Virus record (IMG/VR): IMGVR_UViG_3300033067_000779
Coordinates: 1-30,312 of that record
DNA from: a virus
Taxonomy: Duplodnaviria; Caudoviricetes
Direction: 5' to 3' (one strand)
Length of the DNA: 30,312 bases
Made by a program: the position numbers and the translations under genes. This document shows positions 15,956-25,600 of the stretch, piece by piece (position 1 is the first letter of the stretch; every line of letters starts with the position of its first letter). Under the pieces are notes generated by a model. The model was not told the DNA's origin and ran no database searches. It saw nothing but the letters and a program-made list of their open reading frames with translations.

Positions 15956-16909
15956 ATGCCACTGCCTACGCTGAGCCAGGTGCATATTCAGTCGGCGCTG
16001 TCCGATCTGAGCATCGCCTACCGACAGGACGCGCCGGCCATCTCGGACCTGATCTTCCCGCGCGTCTCGGTGTCCAAGCAGGCCGACAAGTACTTTGTGT
16101 GGAACAAGGGCGACATGTGGCGGGCCTCGGCGCAGAAGCGCGCCCCCGGCGCCGACTTCGCCCGCGTCGGCGTGCGGCTGTCCACGGACAGCTACAGCGC
16201 CATCCAGTACGCCCTTGAGTACGCCATCCCCGACGAGATCCGCGCCAACCAGGACGCGGCGGTAGACGTGGAGATGACGGCGGCCATGTTCCTCGTGGAC
16301 CAGCTCAATCTCCAGAAGGATCTCGACTTCGCGTCGGACTTCTTCGCCACGACGAGCGGGTGGGGCTCCGGAACCATCTCGACGGCGTGGGATAACGTGT
16401 CGAGCGGCACGCCGGTGACGAACATCACCGCCGCCGTCACGACCATCCGGCAGGCGCTCGGAGCGTCGAACCAGCACGACATCGTAGGGCTGGGCGGCAT
16501 CAAGATCCGCAACGCCCTGCTGACCAGTGACCAGGTGCGGGACCGCACCAAGTACGTCACGGCGCAGACGCAGGACGCAATCGAGTCCTCGCTGGCCGGC
16601 GTGCTCGGCCTGGACCGGCTGGTGATCTCCAACCGCGTCTACAACACCGCCAAGGAGGGCCGCACGGCGTCCTACTCGTCCGTGTTCGACAACGACTTCC
16701 TGGTGGTGGCGGTGCCGCGCAATCCGGGCCTCAACACCCCGGCGGCCGGCTACACCTTCGCCTGGAGCGAGGGCGGCGCGGGTGACATGTACGTCGAGAT
16801 GTACCGCGACGACGCCAAGAAGGCGGACGTGCTGCGCTCCATCTGCTACTACGACCAGAAGCAGACGGGGAGCGACCTCGGCGTGTTCTTCAGCAACCCG
16901 GTAACGTGA
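15956..16909 (+). CDS. Major capsid protein
   Basis: 'VHIQSALSDLSIAYRQ..IFPRVSVSKQADKYF..RAPG' N-terminus typical of a phage capsid family; size and position fit. Confidence 0.85.
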   Translation: MPLPTLSQVHIQSALSDLSIAYRQDAPAISDLIFPRVSVSKQADKYFVWNKGDMWRASAQKRAPGADFARVGVRLSTDSYSAIQYALEYAIPDEIRANQDAAVDVEMTAAMFLVDQLNLQKDLDFASDFFATTSGWGSGTISTAWDNVSSGTPVTNITAAVTTIRQALGASNQHDIVGLGGIKIRNALLTSDQVRDRTKYVTAQTQDAIESSLAGVLGLDRLVISNRVYNTAKEGRTASYSSVFDNDFLVVAVPRNPGLNTPAAGYTFAWSEGGAGDMYVEMYRDDAKKADVLRSICYYDQKQTGSDLGVFFSNPVT

Positions 16910-16938
16910 CGCATTAGGAAGCGGTAAATGGGGGTTCG

Positions 16939-16947
16939 TGGTATAAT
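16939..16947 (+). promoter_or_regulatory. Extended -10 promoter for the GIY-YIG gene
   Basis: TGGTATAAT (TGn-TATAAT) in the gap after the capsid stop; no clear -35. Confidence 0.6.
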
Positions 16948-17020
16948 GCAAGGAACAGATGTGCTCCCGCGCAGCGCCAACTGCCGGGAGCGTGGCCGCA
17001 ACCTAATTGGGAGGTGCGAC

Positions 17021-17731
17021 ATGGGCATTCTACCACGAGTGGACGCCTACGGTGTTGTGTATCTCATTCGCAACACCGCAAGCGGCGGGGTCTACGTCGG
17101 ACAGACGATACAAGACTACCGCATTCGATGGCGTCGCCACCGCGATAACCTCACGCGCGGTGTACATGAGAACCCCCATTTACAGCGATCATGGAACAAG
17201 CACGGCGCAGCCGTGTTCGTCGTTGATGTCGCAGAGGCAGTCGCCGACCAAGACTCTCTCAACATTGCCGAGCAGCGATGGATTGTAGACCTTCGTGCGC
17301 GTGGCGTGCGGGTCTACAACCTCAAAGACGGCGGATCTCCCTTCGGCGGATCGCCTAGCGAGGAAACCCGGCGGCGAATAGGCGAGTCGAGTCGTGGACG
17401 CAAGGCAAGTGCTGAGACGTGTCAGCGCATCGCTGATGCAACACGCGGCGTCCCTAAAACCCGCACGCCTGCACTAGAGGCGAAATGGGAGGCGCAGCGC
17501 GGGAAAAGAGAGACGCCCGAACAGACGGCGAAGCGGCTTGCTGGCATGGCGCGGAATAGGCCGATTGTTGTCTTTCGCGCGCCCGATGGCGCCCTCCACG
17601 AAACACAGAACATAACCGATCTTGCCCAGCGCCACGGCCTACATCCGCGCCTGCTGCACTACGTTGCGTCGGGCAAGCAGCACCATCATCGCGGGTGGGT
17701 GCTTGTAGAAAAGAAAGGAGGCTCAGCATGA
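17021..17731 (+). CDS. Free-standing GIY-YIG homing endonuclease with NUMOD3-like repeats
   Basis: 'GVVYLIRN..VYVGQT..RWRRH..HENPHLQRSWNKHG..AEQRWI..YNL', 'SEETRRRIGES'. ATG 17021 after GGGAGGT; GC lower than flanks. Confidence 0.88.
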   Translation: MGILPRVDAYGVVYLIRNTASGGVYVGQTIQDYRIRWRRHRDNLTRGVHENPHLQRSWNKHGAAVFVVDVAEAVADQDSLNIAEQRWIVDLRARGVRVYNLKDGGSPFGGSPSEETRRRIGESSRGRKASAETCQRIADATRGVPKTRTPALEAKWEAQRGKRETPEQTAKRLAGMARNRPIVVFRAPDGALHETQNITDLAQRHGLHPRLLHYVASGKQHHHRGWVLVEKKGGSA

Positions 17732-18748
17732 AGGTATATGTTATTCATCCTGGGGCGTCCTTTTAGCACCGCCGATGTATTCGACGGGCTGGTTGCGGGC
17801 TTGCGGGCGAATGGCGTAGACGTGACGGAGGGCCGGCTCGATACGATCCTCGCGTGGTACGACACCCTGGTAGTCGTCGGCGCGGCACGGGGTGTCCTCC
17901 ACACGACGGCCCTGGACCCGGACCACCTGAACCGGTGGGCGCTGGCGTCGGCGCACATCACGCGCCACATCCTCCTGACGGAGCCGGACCTGGTGATCGC
18001 CGTCTCGGCGCATAACTACAGCGTCGGTGACGCCAAGATCCTCAAGCGCTACGGCTTCAAAACGGCCATGCTCGGCACCGAGGCGCCATACCTGATCGAT
18101 CTGGAGGCGCAGTTTGCGGCCCTGTACGGCACGGTGTTCACCAACGAGCGGGCGTCAGTGCCGCGCTTCCGCACCGTCAACCCGAACGCCCACTATCTGC
18201 CGCATGCCTACAACCCCGACGTGCATCGCCCCGATGGGCCGGCGTCACCCTCGGACGTGCTGTTCGTCGGCTCGCTGTTTGACGAGCGCCGCGCCCTCTT
18301 TTCGGGCGTGGACTGGACGGGGATTGACTTCCACTGCCGGGGCTACGACCTCGCCCGCGACGTGCAGACGGCCGACATCGTGGCGAACACCGAGACGGCC
18401 GCGCTGTACCGGGGGACGAAGATCGCGCTGAACCATCACCGCACGACGACGAGCCACGCAAGCGGGCAGCACATCGCCGCCGACGAGGCCGAATCGCTCG
18501 GCCCGCGCGCCTATGAGATCGCCGCGTGCGGGGCGTTTCAACTGATGGACGACAGCCGGGCCGAGGCCCGCGAGGTGTTCGGCGAATCGCTCGTCACCTA
18601 CCGGGCCGGCGACAGCGCCGCTCTGGCGCGGCAGGTACGGACGTGGCTAGACCGCGATCGGACAGCCGTAGCGGCTGCGCAGCGGGCGGCGATCTTGCCG
18701 CACTCGTGGACGGCGCGGGCGCGGCAGGTGCTTGAGGTGCTGGCATGA
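17728..18748 (+). CDS. CgeB-like (GT-B, Glyco_trans_1_2) glycosyltransferase with a +1 frame break near the N-terminus
   Basis: 'YLPHAYNPDVH', 'DVLFVGS', 'IALNHHR', 'PRAYEIAACGAFQL', 'HSWTARA'. The RBS-supported start at 17728 stops at 17764 unless shifted +1. Confidence 0.8.
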
Positions 18749-19263
18749 GCTACGACTACGGCACTCCGGCGGGCGTGGCGCGCTACGTCCGCCACCTCTG
18801 CAACACGGCCGGCGTGTTCGACACCGCCACCCGCCCGACGCTTGCCGACGTGGAGGCGTTCCTGGAGGAGCGGTCCAACCAGCTCAACGCCTGGTTGGCT
18901 CAGGCCGGCTACGTCGTGCCCGTCACGGCGGCGCGGGCAGCGTCGGTGCTGGGGCGCTACGCCAGCCTTGGCGCGGCGTGCGACTGCGAGCTGACCCAGC
19001 GCAGCGCGGGGTACTCGGAGGACGAGAACCGCCGCGAGAACAAGTTCTGCGCGCAGTTCTTGGAAGCCGAAGCCTACATCAAGAGCGGCGCACTCTCCGC
19101 GCTCGGGGCAACCACCACGGCCGCGCCGGCGGTGCTCAGCGGGCTGCGCGTCGGCGGGAGGACCGCGACGGGGCAGCGCTTGCGGCCGGTGTTTGGGCGG
19201 ACGGGATTCAACAACGACCCGACGGCGGAAAGCCCGACGGCGGAAGGGGCGTGGGACGAGTGA
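18745..19263 (+). CDS. Putative head-tail adaptor
   Basis: 'YGTPAGV', 'TRPTLADVEAFL..LNAWL..GYVVPV' helical pattern; position after the capsid gene. Confidence 0.65.
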   Translation: MSYDYGTPAGVARYVRHLCNTAGVFDTATRPTLADVEAFLEERSNQLNAWLAQAGYVVPVTAARAASVLGRYASLGAACDCELTQRSAGYSEDENRRENKFCAQFLEAEAYIKSGALSALGATTTAAPAVLSGLRVGGRTATGQRLRPVFGRTGFNNDPTAESPTAEGAWDE

Positions 19264-19652
19264 TCGCCTACACCATCACGGGCGTTGAGGCAGTGCTTGC
19301 CGACCTGGCGCGCATCCGCCTCGACCACGCCGCCGCCGTGCTGCGCGACTACCTGACGGACGTAGTAGCGCCGGACGCCGCCAACTACCCGGCAGAGATC
19401 CCCGGCCAGCGCTACGTCAGGACCGACACTCTTAAGCTCGGCTGGACGGAGGCCGAGCCGACCGTGAGCGCCACAGCGGGCGACGTGCTGGCGGTGCTGG
19501 AGAACAGCACGCCGTATGGGGACTACGTGCAAGGCGACGCGCAAGCGAGCGTCCACGCGGGCCGCTGGCGTACCGTGGACATGCTGATGGACGCGCACGA
19601 GGCCGGGGCGGCGCAGGCGATCGAGGCGTGGGTCGGAGGGCTCGTCTCGTGA
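19260..19652 (+). CDS. Putative neck/tail completion protein (HK97 gp10-like)
   Basis: GTG 19260 overlaps the upstream stop; 'ITGVEAV', 'YVRTDTLKLGW', 'NSTPYGDYVQG'. Confidence 0.65.
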   Translation: MIAYTITGVEAVLADLARIRLDHAAAVLRDYLTDVVAPDAANYPAEIPGQRYVRTDTLKLGWTEAEPTVSATAGDVLAVLENSTPYGDYVQGDAQASVHAGRWRTVDMLMDAHEAGAAQAIEAWVGGLVS

Positions 19653-20140
19653 GCACCTACACCACCGCTGAAGCCGCCGTGCTCACGCTGCTACGCGCCT
19701 ACGACGGCGGCGGAGTGTTCACCGAGGCGAACGCAAGCCGGGGCGACTTCTCGGCCACGGACGCGCCGGGCTACCGGCAGTATGCCGTCGTGCTGATGGC
19801 CGACAGCAGCGACTACGGCGACGGGCGCTCGCACGGCAAGCGGCAGCAGACGCACCGGATCAGCGTGCTGCTGTTCCAGGCGCGTGAGCAGGGGCTCGGC
19901 GGCGACGGCGCGGCGTATAGCGCCCTGACGACGCTTACGGACGCCGTGGCGGCGTGGTTCGAGCGCTACCCCCGGCTGAACGGGGCGGCGGGCGTCAAGC
20001 GGGCGGCGATCGTCCGCGTCGGCAAGCCACGGACGACGCAGGCGCCGGGCGGCGGGGCAGGCCCGCACCTCGTGCAGCCGATCATGCTGGACGTGCTGTG
20101 CGAGACGACGCCCGCGCAGCAGGAGAGCGCCGGGGCATGA
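19649..20140 (+). CDS. Putative tail terminator protein
   Basis: GTGA overlap; ~163 aa; position before the tail tube gene. Confidence 0.55.
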   Translation: MSTYTTAEAAVLTLLRAYDGGGVFTEANASRGDFSATDAPGYRQYAVVLMADSSDYGDGRSHGKRQQTHRISVLLFQAREQGLGGDGAAYSALTTLTDAVAAWFERYPRLNGAAGVKRAAIVRVGKPRTTQAPGGGAGPHLVQPIMLDVLCETTPAQQESAGA

Positions 20141-21159
20141 AACTCCTCGTCATTGACAGCGGCGATGCGTTCAGCACCAAGGATGTGTTTGACGGCCTCG
20201 TGAGCGGACTCAAGGCCAACGGCGCGGAGGTGTACACCTATCCGCTCTGCACGAACCTCCAGATTATGGAGGCGATGACGGATGCGGCCAAGGCGCTCCA
20301 GGTGTTCAACCACGAGCCGGACCCGTACAACCTCGCCGCCGCCGGTATACCGGGCGTGGCGATGTACCGGCAGGTGGACGCGGTGATCGCCGTCACGGGG
20401 ATGAAGCTGCCGTTCGGCGTGCCGCTGGCGCTCAAGCGCGGCGGCTACCTGACGGCACTGCTCTGCACGGAGTCGCCGTACCTGACGGCGGAGCGCGAGC
20501 GCCACGACGCGGCGTGCTATGACGTGGTGTTCACCAACGACCGCAGCGCCGTGCCGCTGTTCGACCGCTCGGCGCACGTGCATTACCTGCCGCACGCCTA
20601 CCGGGCGGACGTGCATACGCCGGACGGGCCGCGCGCCGATCCGTGCGACGTATTCTTCGTGGGGACGCTGTTCCCTGAGCGGCGGGCGCTGTTCGACGGG
20701 ATCGATTGGACGGGCATCAACCGGGTGTTCAAGGTGTTCGATTACGACAACCGCGACGACCCGACGCAGGTATGGCACGGGATCATGCCGAACGATGAGG
20801 CGGCGACCTTCTATCGCTCGGCGCGGATCTCCATCAACCACCACCGGACGATCAAGGACCACCGCGAGCGGCAGCACATCACGGATGCCTACAGCCTCAA
20901 CCCGCGTGTCTATGAGATCGCGGCGTGCGGTGGGTTTCAGGTGTGCGACGCGAGCCGGCCGGAGTTGTTCGCGGTGTTTGGTGACAGCATACCGACCTAT
21001 ACGGATAGCGCCAGCCTGGGCCAACTGCTGCGCTACTACCTTCGCCACGAGGACGAGCGGCAGGCGCTCGCAGCCCGGCAGCGGGCGGCGGCGCTGGCGC
21101 ACTCGTGGACACAGCGCGCGGCGACCGTGCTGGACGTGCTGCGACAGCATCACCACTAG
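20137..21159 (+). CDS. CgeB-like glycosyltransferase, paralog of 17728-18748
   Basis: ATGA overlap; 'FSTKDVFDGL', 'YLPHAY', 'DVFFVGT', 'ISINHHR', 'NPRVYEIAACGGFQV', 'HSWTQRA'. Confidence 0.85.
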   Translation: MKLLVIDSGDAFSTKDVFDGLVSGLKANGAEVYTYPLCTNLQIMEAMTDAAKALQVFNHEPDPYNLAAAGIPGVAMYRQVDAVIAVTGMKLPFGVPLALKRGGYLTALLCTESPYLTAERERHDAACYDVVFTNDRSAVPLFDRSAHVHYLPHAYRADVHTPDGPRADPCDVFFVGTLFPERRALFDGIDWTGINRVFKVFDYDNRDDPTQVWHGIMPNDEAATFYRSARISINHHRTIKDHRERQHITDAYSLNPRVYEIAACGGFQVCDASRPELFAVFGDSIPTYTDSASLGQLLRYYLRHEDERQALAARQRAAALAHSWTQRAATVLDVLRQHHH

Positions 21160-21170
21160 GAGGCACCTCT

Positions 21171-21572
21171 ATGGCAACTATCGCGGGCAAAGACGCGATC
21201 CTGTACCTCGGCTCAACGAACGCTTCCGCGATTACGGAGACGTTCGATCTGAGCATCGAGACATCCACCGATACGGCGGAGGATACGGCGCACGGCGACT
21301 CGTGGCGCACGTTCATCCCGACGCTCTCGACGTTCGACATGACGATCGGCAAGCACTACGACAACGCGGCCGGCGGCGGTCAGCTTCAGTCGTGGGTCAT
21401 CAGCCGCACGTCGCTCAAGTTCTACCTCTACCCGGATCGGGCGACCAGCACCATCTACTGGTACGGCACCTGTTACCTGGGTGGCGGTGGCATGTCCATG
21501 ACGCTGGAGGACACGGTGGATAGCCAGTTCTCGGCGATCCCCCAGGGCCAGCCGACGTACGTACATCCGTGA
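21171..21572 (+). CDS. Major tail (tube) protein
   Basis: AGGAGG RBS; 'AGKDAILY..DTAEDTAHGDSWRTFIPTL..FYLYP..WYG' pattern typical of siphophage tube proteins. Confidence 0.8.
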   Translation: MATIAGKDAILYLGSTNASAITETFDLSIETSTDTAEDTAHGDSWRTFIPTLSTFDMTIGKHYDNAAGGGQLQSWVISRTSLKFYLYPDRATSTIYWYGTCYLGGGGMSMTLEDTVDSQFSAIPQGQPTYVHP

Positions 21573-21874
21573 CCGGCACGACGGGCGCCATCTACGTCGG
21601 GCGCCACCTCGTGGGGCGGCTCACGGAGTGGCGGATCGTCATCAGCCCGACGACGGAGCAGCCCACGCTCATCGGCAAGGGCCGCTTCCTACGGGCGTGG
21701 GTGGCCGGGCGGCCGGAGCGGCTGACGGCGCGGCTGCTGACGGCATCGCCGCCGGCCTACATCGGCAGGCCGAAGCCGCCCCCGCCGCGAGCGGTGACGC
21801 TCTCCGGCGAGCGGGCGGAGCTGACCGCGCGATCCGTGGTGATCGCGCGGGGTGTGTATGACGCGCAGGGCTAG
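21569..21874 (+). CDS. Hypothetical protein
   Basis: GTGA overlap with the tube gene; 101 aa. Confidence 0.55.
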   Translation: MTGTTGAIYVGRHLVGRLTEWRIVISPTTEQPTLIGKGRFLRAWVAGRPERLTARLLTASPPAYIGRPKPPPPRAVTLSGERAELTARSVVIARGVYDAQG

Positions 21875-21952
21875 GGCGACGGCCCGAACAGCCGGACGGC
21901 CCACCGGCTGCCCTGCGCGGGCTTGGGCCTCTCAGAACAGAAAGGGCCATCT

Positions 21953-22462
21953 GTGACCACCTACCTCGACAAAGCCGCCTTACTCCACAACCTGACGGCG
22001 CTCCACGAGAAGACGGTGACGAGCAAGCTGCTCGGCGGCGCGGTCCTCATCCGTGAGGTGAGCGCCCGCGCCCGCCTGGCCGCCAACGAGGCCGCCACCG
22101 CCGAGAATCCCGACAAGCCGGATCAAAGCCTGTATTGGGCCATGCTCATCCACGAGGGCGTCATCGACCCCGAGACGAAGGACAGGCTGTTTACGATCGA
22201 TGAGGCCCTGACGATCGTGGAGGGCCGCGACTACGCGGTGCAGGAGCTTGTCGGCCACATTACTACCCTCGCGGCCCTTGGTCCGCGCGCCATGTTTCGC
22301 GGCGGTGCTGCGGCAGACCGTCCACAACGAGACGCGGGCGCGGGCGCTCACGCACCTGGAGACGCCGCTGGAGGCGCTACCGGTGGCGGATCTGGCGACG
22401 ATGACGGCCGAGCGGCACTTCCTGACGGAGAAGGCGGCGGCGATGGGGATGGGGCTGCATGA
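21953..22462 (+). CDS. Tail assembly chaperone (gpG-like)
   Basis: GTG after GAAAGGG; 'VLIREVSARAR..GVIDP..RLFT'; lies between the tube and tape measure genes. Confidence 0.75.
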   Translation: MTTYLDKAALLHNLTALHEKTVTSKLLGGAVLIREVSARARLAANEAATAENPDKPDQSLYWAMLIHEGVIDPETKDRLFTIDEALTIVEGRDYAVQELVGHITTLAALGPRAMFRGGAAADRPQRDAGAGAHAPGDAAGGATGGGSGDDDGRAALPDGEGGGDGDGAA

Positions 22463-22607
22463 GTTCCTGGATCGGCTGCGGTCCTCAGACGTGACGGAGC
22501 TACGAGCGGCGGCGCTCGTCACACAGGCCCAGCGGGAGATCGGCGATCAACTCGCCGAGGCGGAGCGGAAGCGCAAGCAGCGGCGCGGAAGGCGGGGACG
22601 TGGCTAA
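22296..22607 (+). CDS. gpT-like extension of the tail assembly chaperone (+1 frame)
   Basis: Overlapping ORF 'FAAVLRQ..LAEAERKRKQRRGRRGRG' ends at the tape measure start; no obvious RBS of its own. Confidence 0.6.
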   Translation, partial: FAAVLRQTVHNETRARALTHLETPLEALPVADLATMTAERHFLTEKAAAMGMGLHEFLDRLRSSDVTELRAAALVTQAQREIGDQLAEAERKRKQRRGRRGRG

Positions 22608-25600
22608 AACCATCCAGATCAAAATCCAGGCCCAAGCCGATCTCAAGGCCCTCAAAGAGGTGCAGGCCGCGCTTGGGGCGCTCGGGAAGACGAGCGGCAA
22701 GGGCGGCAGCGCCGGGCTTGTGCAGCAGACGCAGGCCGCCGCGAAGCTTGCCGTTGCCAACGACAAGGCGGCGATCAGCAACCAGCGCCTCGCCGCCGCC
22801 GCCGCACAGGCGAACGCCGCACAGGGCCGTGCGGCTGCCGCTACCTCGCAGGCCGCCGCCGCGCAGAGCCGGGCCGCGCTTGCCGCGCTCCGGCTGGAGC
22901 AGGCGCAGACGCGCGCCGCCGCCGCAACCGCCCGCGCCTCGTCCGGCATGGCCGTCCTGCCGCGCACCATCGCCGGACTGTCGCATGAGGCCGCCGCGTT
23001 TGCCACCAGCATGCTCGGCGTCGGCACGGCCATGGCCGCGATTGGCACCGGCGTCGAGCTGGCGCAGCTTGGCGCACAGGCGGCGCTCGTGGAGGAGCGG
23101 TTTAACGGCCTCGCCGAAGCGGCCGGCACGACCGGCGACGCGCTGATGGGCGCCTTGCGGGCGGCATCCGGCGGCGAGATCTCTGACATGAACCTCCAGC
23201 TTGCCGCGAACCGGGCGCAGTTACTCGGCGTGGCCGACTCTGCCGAAGAGATGGGCGTGCTGATGCAGATCGCCCGCGACCGCGCGCAGGCGATGGGGAT
23301 CAGCACGACCCAGGCATTCAACGACCTCGTGACGGGCTTGGGCCGGGGCTCCGCGCTCATCCTCGACAACCTTGGCATTATGGTGGAGGTTGGCGAAGTC
23401 AACGAGGCGTACGCGGCAAGCGTCGGCAAGAGCGTGACGGCGCTCACGGAGGCCGAGAAGAAGCAGGCGCTCATCAACGCCGTCATCAGTCAGGGCAAGG
23501 ACACGATCGCCGCGACGGGCGGGGCGGTGGAGAGCACGGCCGGCACGTTCCAGGCGCTCCAGGCCAACGCCGACAACGCCAAGGCGGCGGTTGGGCGCGT
23601 CATCGGCGAGCTGCTGAAGGTGCCGGCGCAGGTGACAACCGAGATTCTGGTGAAGGTGACGCGCAACGCCGAGTTGGCCGCCAAGGCGCCGGGCGAGAAC
23701 CGCGCCGACATCGCCGACGCCGCGCGCACCGCCAAGGACTACGATCAGTACCGCGCCTCAATCGACAAGGTGAACGAGGGACTCCGGGCGCAGGCGCAGA
23801 GCGCGCGGGTGGCGTTCGCGGGCGTCGAGCCGCTGACGGAGGCGCAGTTCCGCTACGTCAAGGCGCAAGAGGCGGCGAAGGTGCCGACGGAGAAGGCGAT
23901 TGCGAACGTCCAGAAGCTCGCAGGCGCCTTCGACATCGCCGCGCAAGTGCAGGACAAGACCGGCAACCAGGAACTCGCCGATGACATGGTGCGGATCGCC
24001 GCGCTGTCTCCCGAGGCCGCCCACGGCGTCGAGACACTGGGCCGGGCGTTCGTCGCCGGGCAATTGAGCGGTGAGGGCTTCAGCGGGGCGCTGCGTGGCT
24101 TGGAGGGCGATCAGCAGGCCGAGGCCGCCGCCGCCGCGCTCGTCACGCAGCGCCACGGCGAGCAGACAGCCGGGACACTCCAGGTTGCCGATGCGTCCAT
24201 TGCCGCCGCGCAGGCGAGCCGCGACGCCGCCGCCGGATCAGTCGAGCAGGCCGCCGCGTCGGAGCTTGCCGCGCTTCAGGCCAACGCGATGACGAGCGCG
24301 CTTGATCAGTCCGTCAATGCGGGGCTTAGCGCGGAAGCGGCAGCGATGCGCCTCGCCGCGCAGTTCGGCGTGAGCGAGAGCGCCGCCATAGCCGCCGCCA
24401 ACGCCTACTACGCGGCACGAGACGCGGCGGCGGCGTTTGCCCTGGTTGCGGGCGGGCTTGCAACCTTCAGCGGCGCGGCCGGCCTCGCCAACCAGCGCAG
24501 CGGCGAGCGCGGGGGCAGTGGCAGCGCAGCGACCGACGCCGCACGTACGCGGGCGCAGATGGCCGCCAACGAAGCCGCGCGGCGCGCCGCCTCGGCAACA
24601 GGTGGCCGCGCCGGCGGCGGCGGTGGTGGCGGGGCGCGTGTCTCGGATGAGCAGAAGGCCGGAGAGCAGATTGCCTCGATCGCCGAGAAAACCGCGCAGC
24701 GGCTCATCGAGATCGATCAGCGCGCCGCCGAGGCCCGTGCCGCCGCGTACCGCAGCCTTGCCGCCGAGATCCTGGCATCCTCCGCCGCGATGGTGGCGCA
24801 GCAAGAGGCCGACGACCTCGACCTCGTGGGCGCCTCGGAGGAAGAGGCGCAGCGGCTCATGGCCCGTGAGCAGGCGCAGGCGAAGGCGCGCGTCGCCATG
24901 AGCGAGGCGGTGGCCGAGGCCCGCGCCCGTGCCGAGAGCGACCCGGCTTTGGCTGAAGACGTGCTCAAGGCGCGGCAGGAGCAGATCAGCGCGCAGCAGG
25001 ATCTTGACCAGCGCTACGCCGAGCGGCAGGCCGAGCTTGCGGAAAACCCCGAGGCGCTGGCCGCGCTCAAAACGCAGTACGACGAGGCGACGGCGGCGAT
25101 CAGCGACCAAACCGCGATCCAGGTGGAGCTTGCCGAGAAGAAGGCGGCCGACGCGGCTGCCGCTGCCGTGGCCGAGAAAGACGCGGTGATCAAGGAGGCG
25201 CAGGCGCAGGCGTCGGGCGTCAAGGGCGCGACCGACGCGCAGATCAGCGCGTTCAACTCGTGGGCCTCGGGGGCACGCGCGGCAGCCGACAGGGTGATCG
25301 CCGCCATGCAGGACGCCGGGCGGGCGGTGGCGTCCGTGCCAAGCCCGAGTGGCGGCTCGTCCGGCGGCGGCGGGGGCGCGTCCGCCCCGTCCACGGGTGG
25401 CGGGGGTGGTGGGGGCGTATCCGCAAAAAGCGGCGGGGGCGCCGTTGTCGCCGGGGGCATGGTGGCGATGGGCGCGCTCACGCCGATGGCCGGGCAGCCG
25501 GACGTGGAGGAGGCGGCGCGGCGAGCGCAAGAGATCCTGAAGCCAAAGCCCGGCGCAAGCGCGCCGCCGGCCCCGGCCGCTCCGAAGGGCAAGGGCAAAG

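Noticed and set aside
14399-16951. 850-aa minus-strand ORF and other long antisense ORFs (e.g. 623-1849, 19966-21156, 24238-25530)
   Set aside because: These are shadow ORFs expected opposite high-GC3 genes; they are Arg/Gly/Ala-rich with no motifs or RBS.
16910-17731. GIY-YIG gene as part of a group I intron
   Set aside because: The capsid gene ends naturally before it, the downstream gene has its own RBS and start, and I could not recognise group I core elements; treated as free-standing.
17761-17766. TAG stop-codon reassignment or read-through explaining the broken glycosyltransferase
   Set aside because: Read-through would stay in the wrong frame, and many other genes here end properly at TAG.
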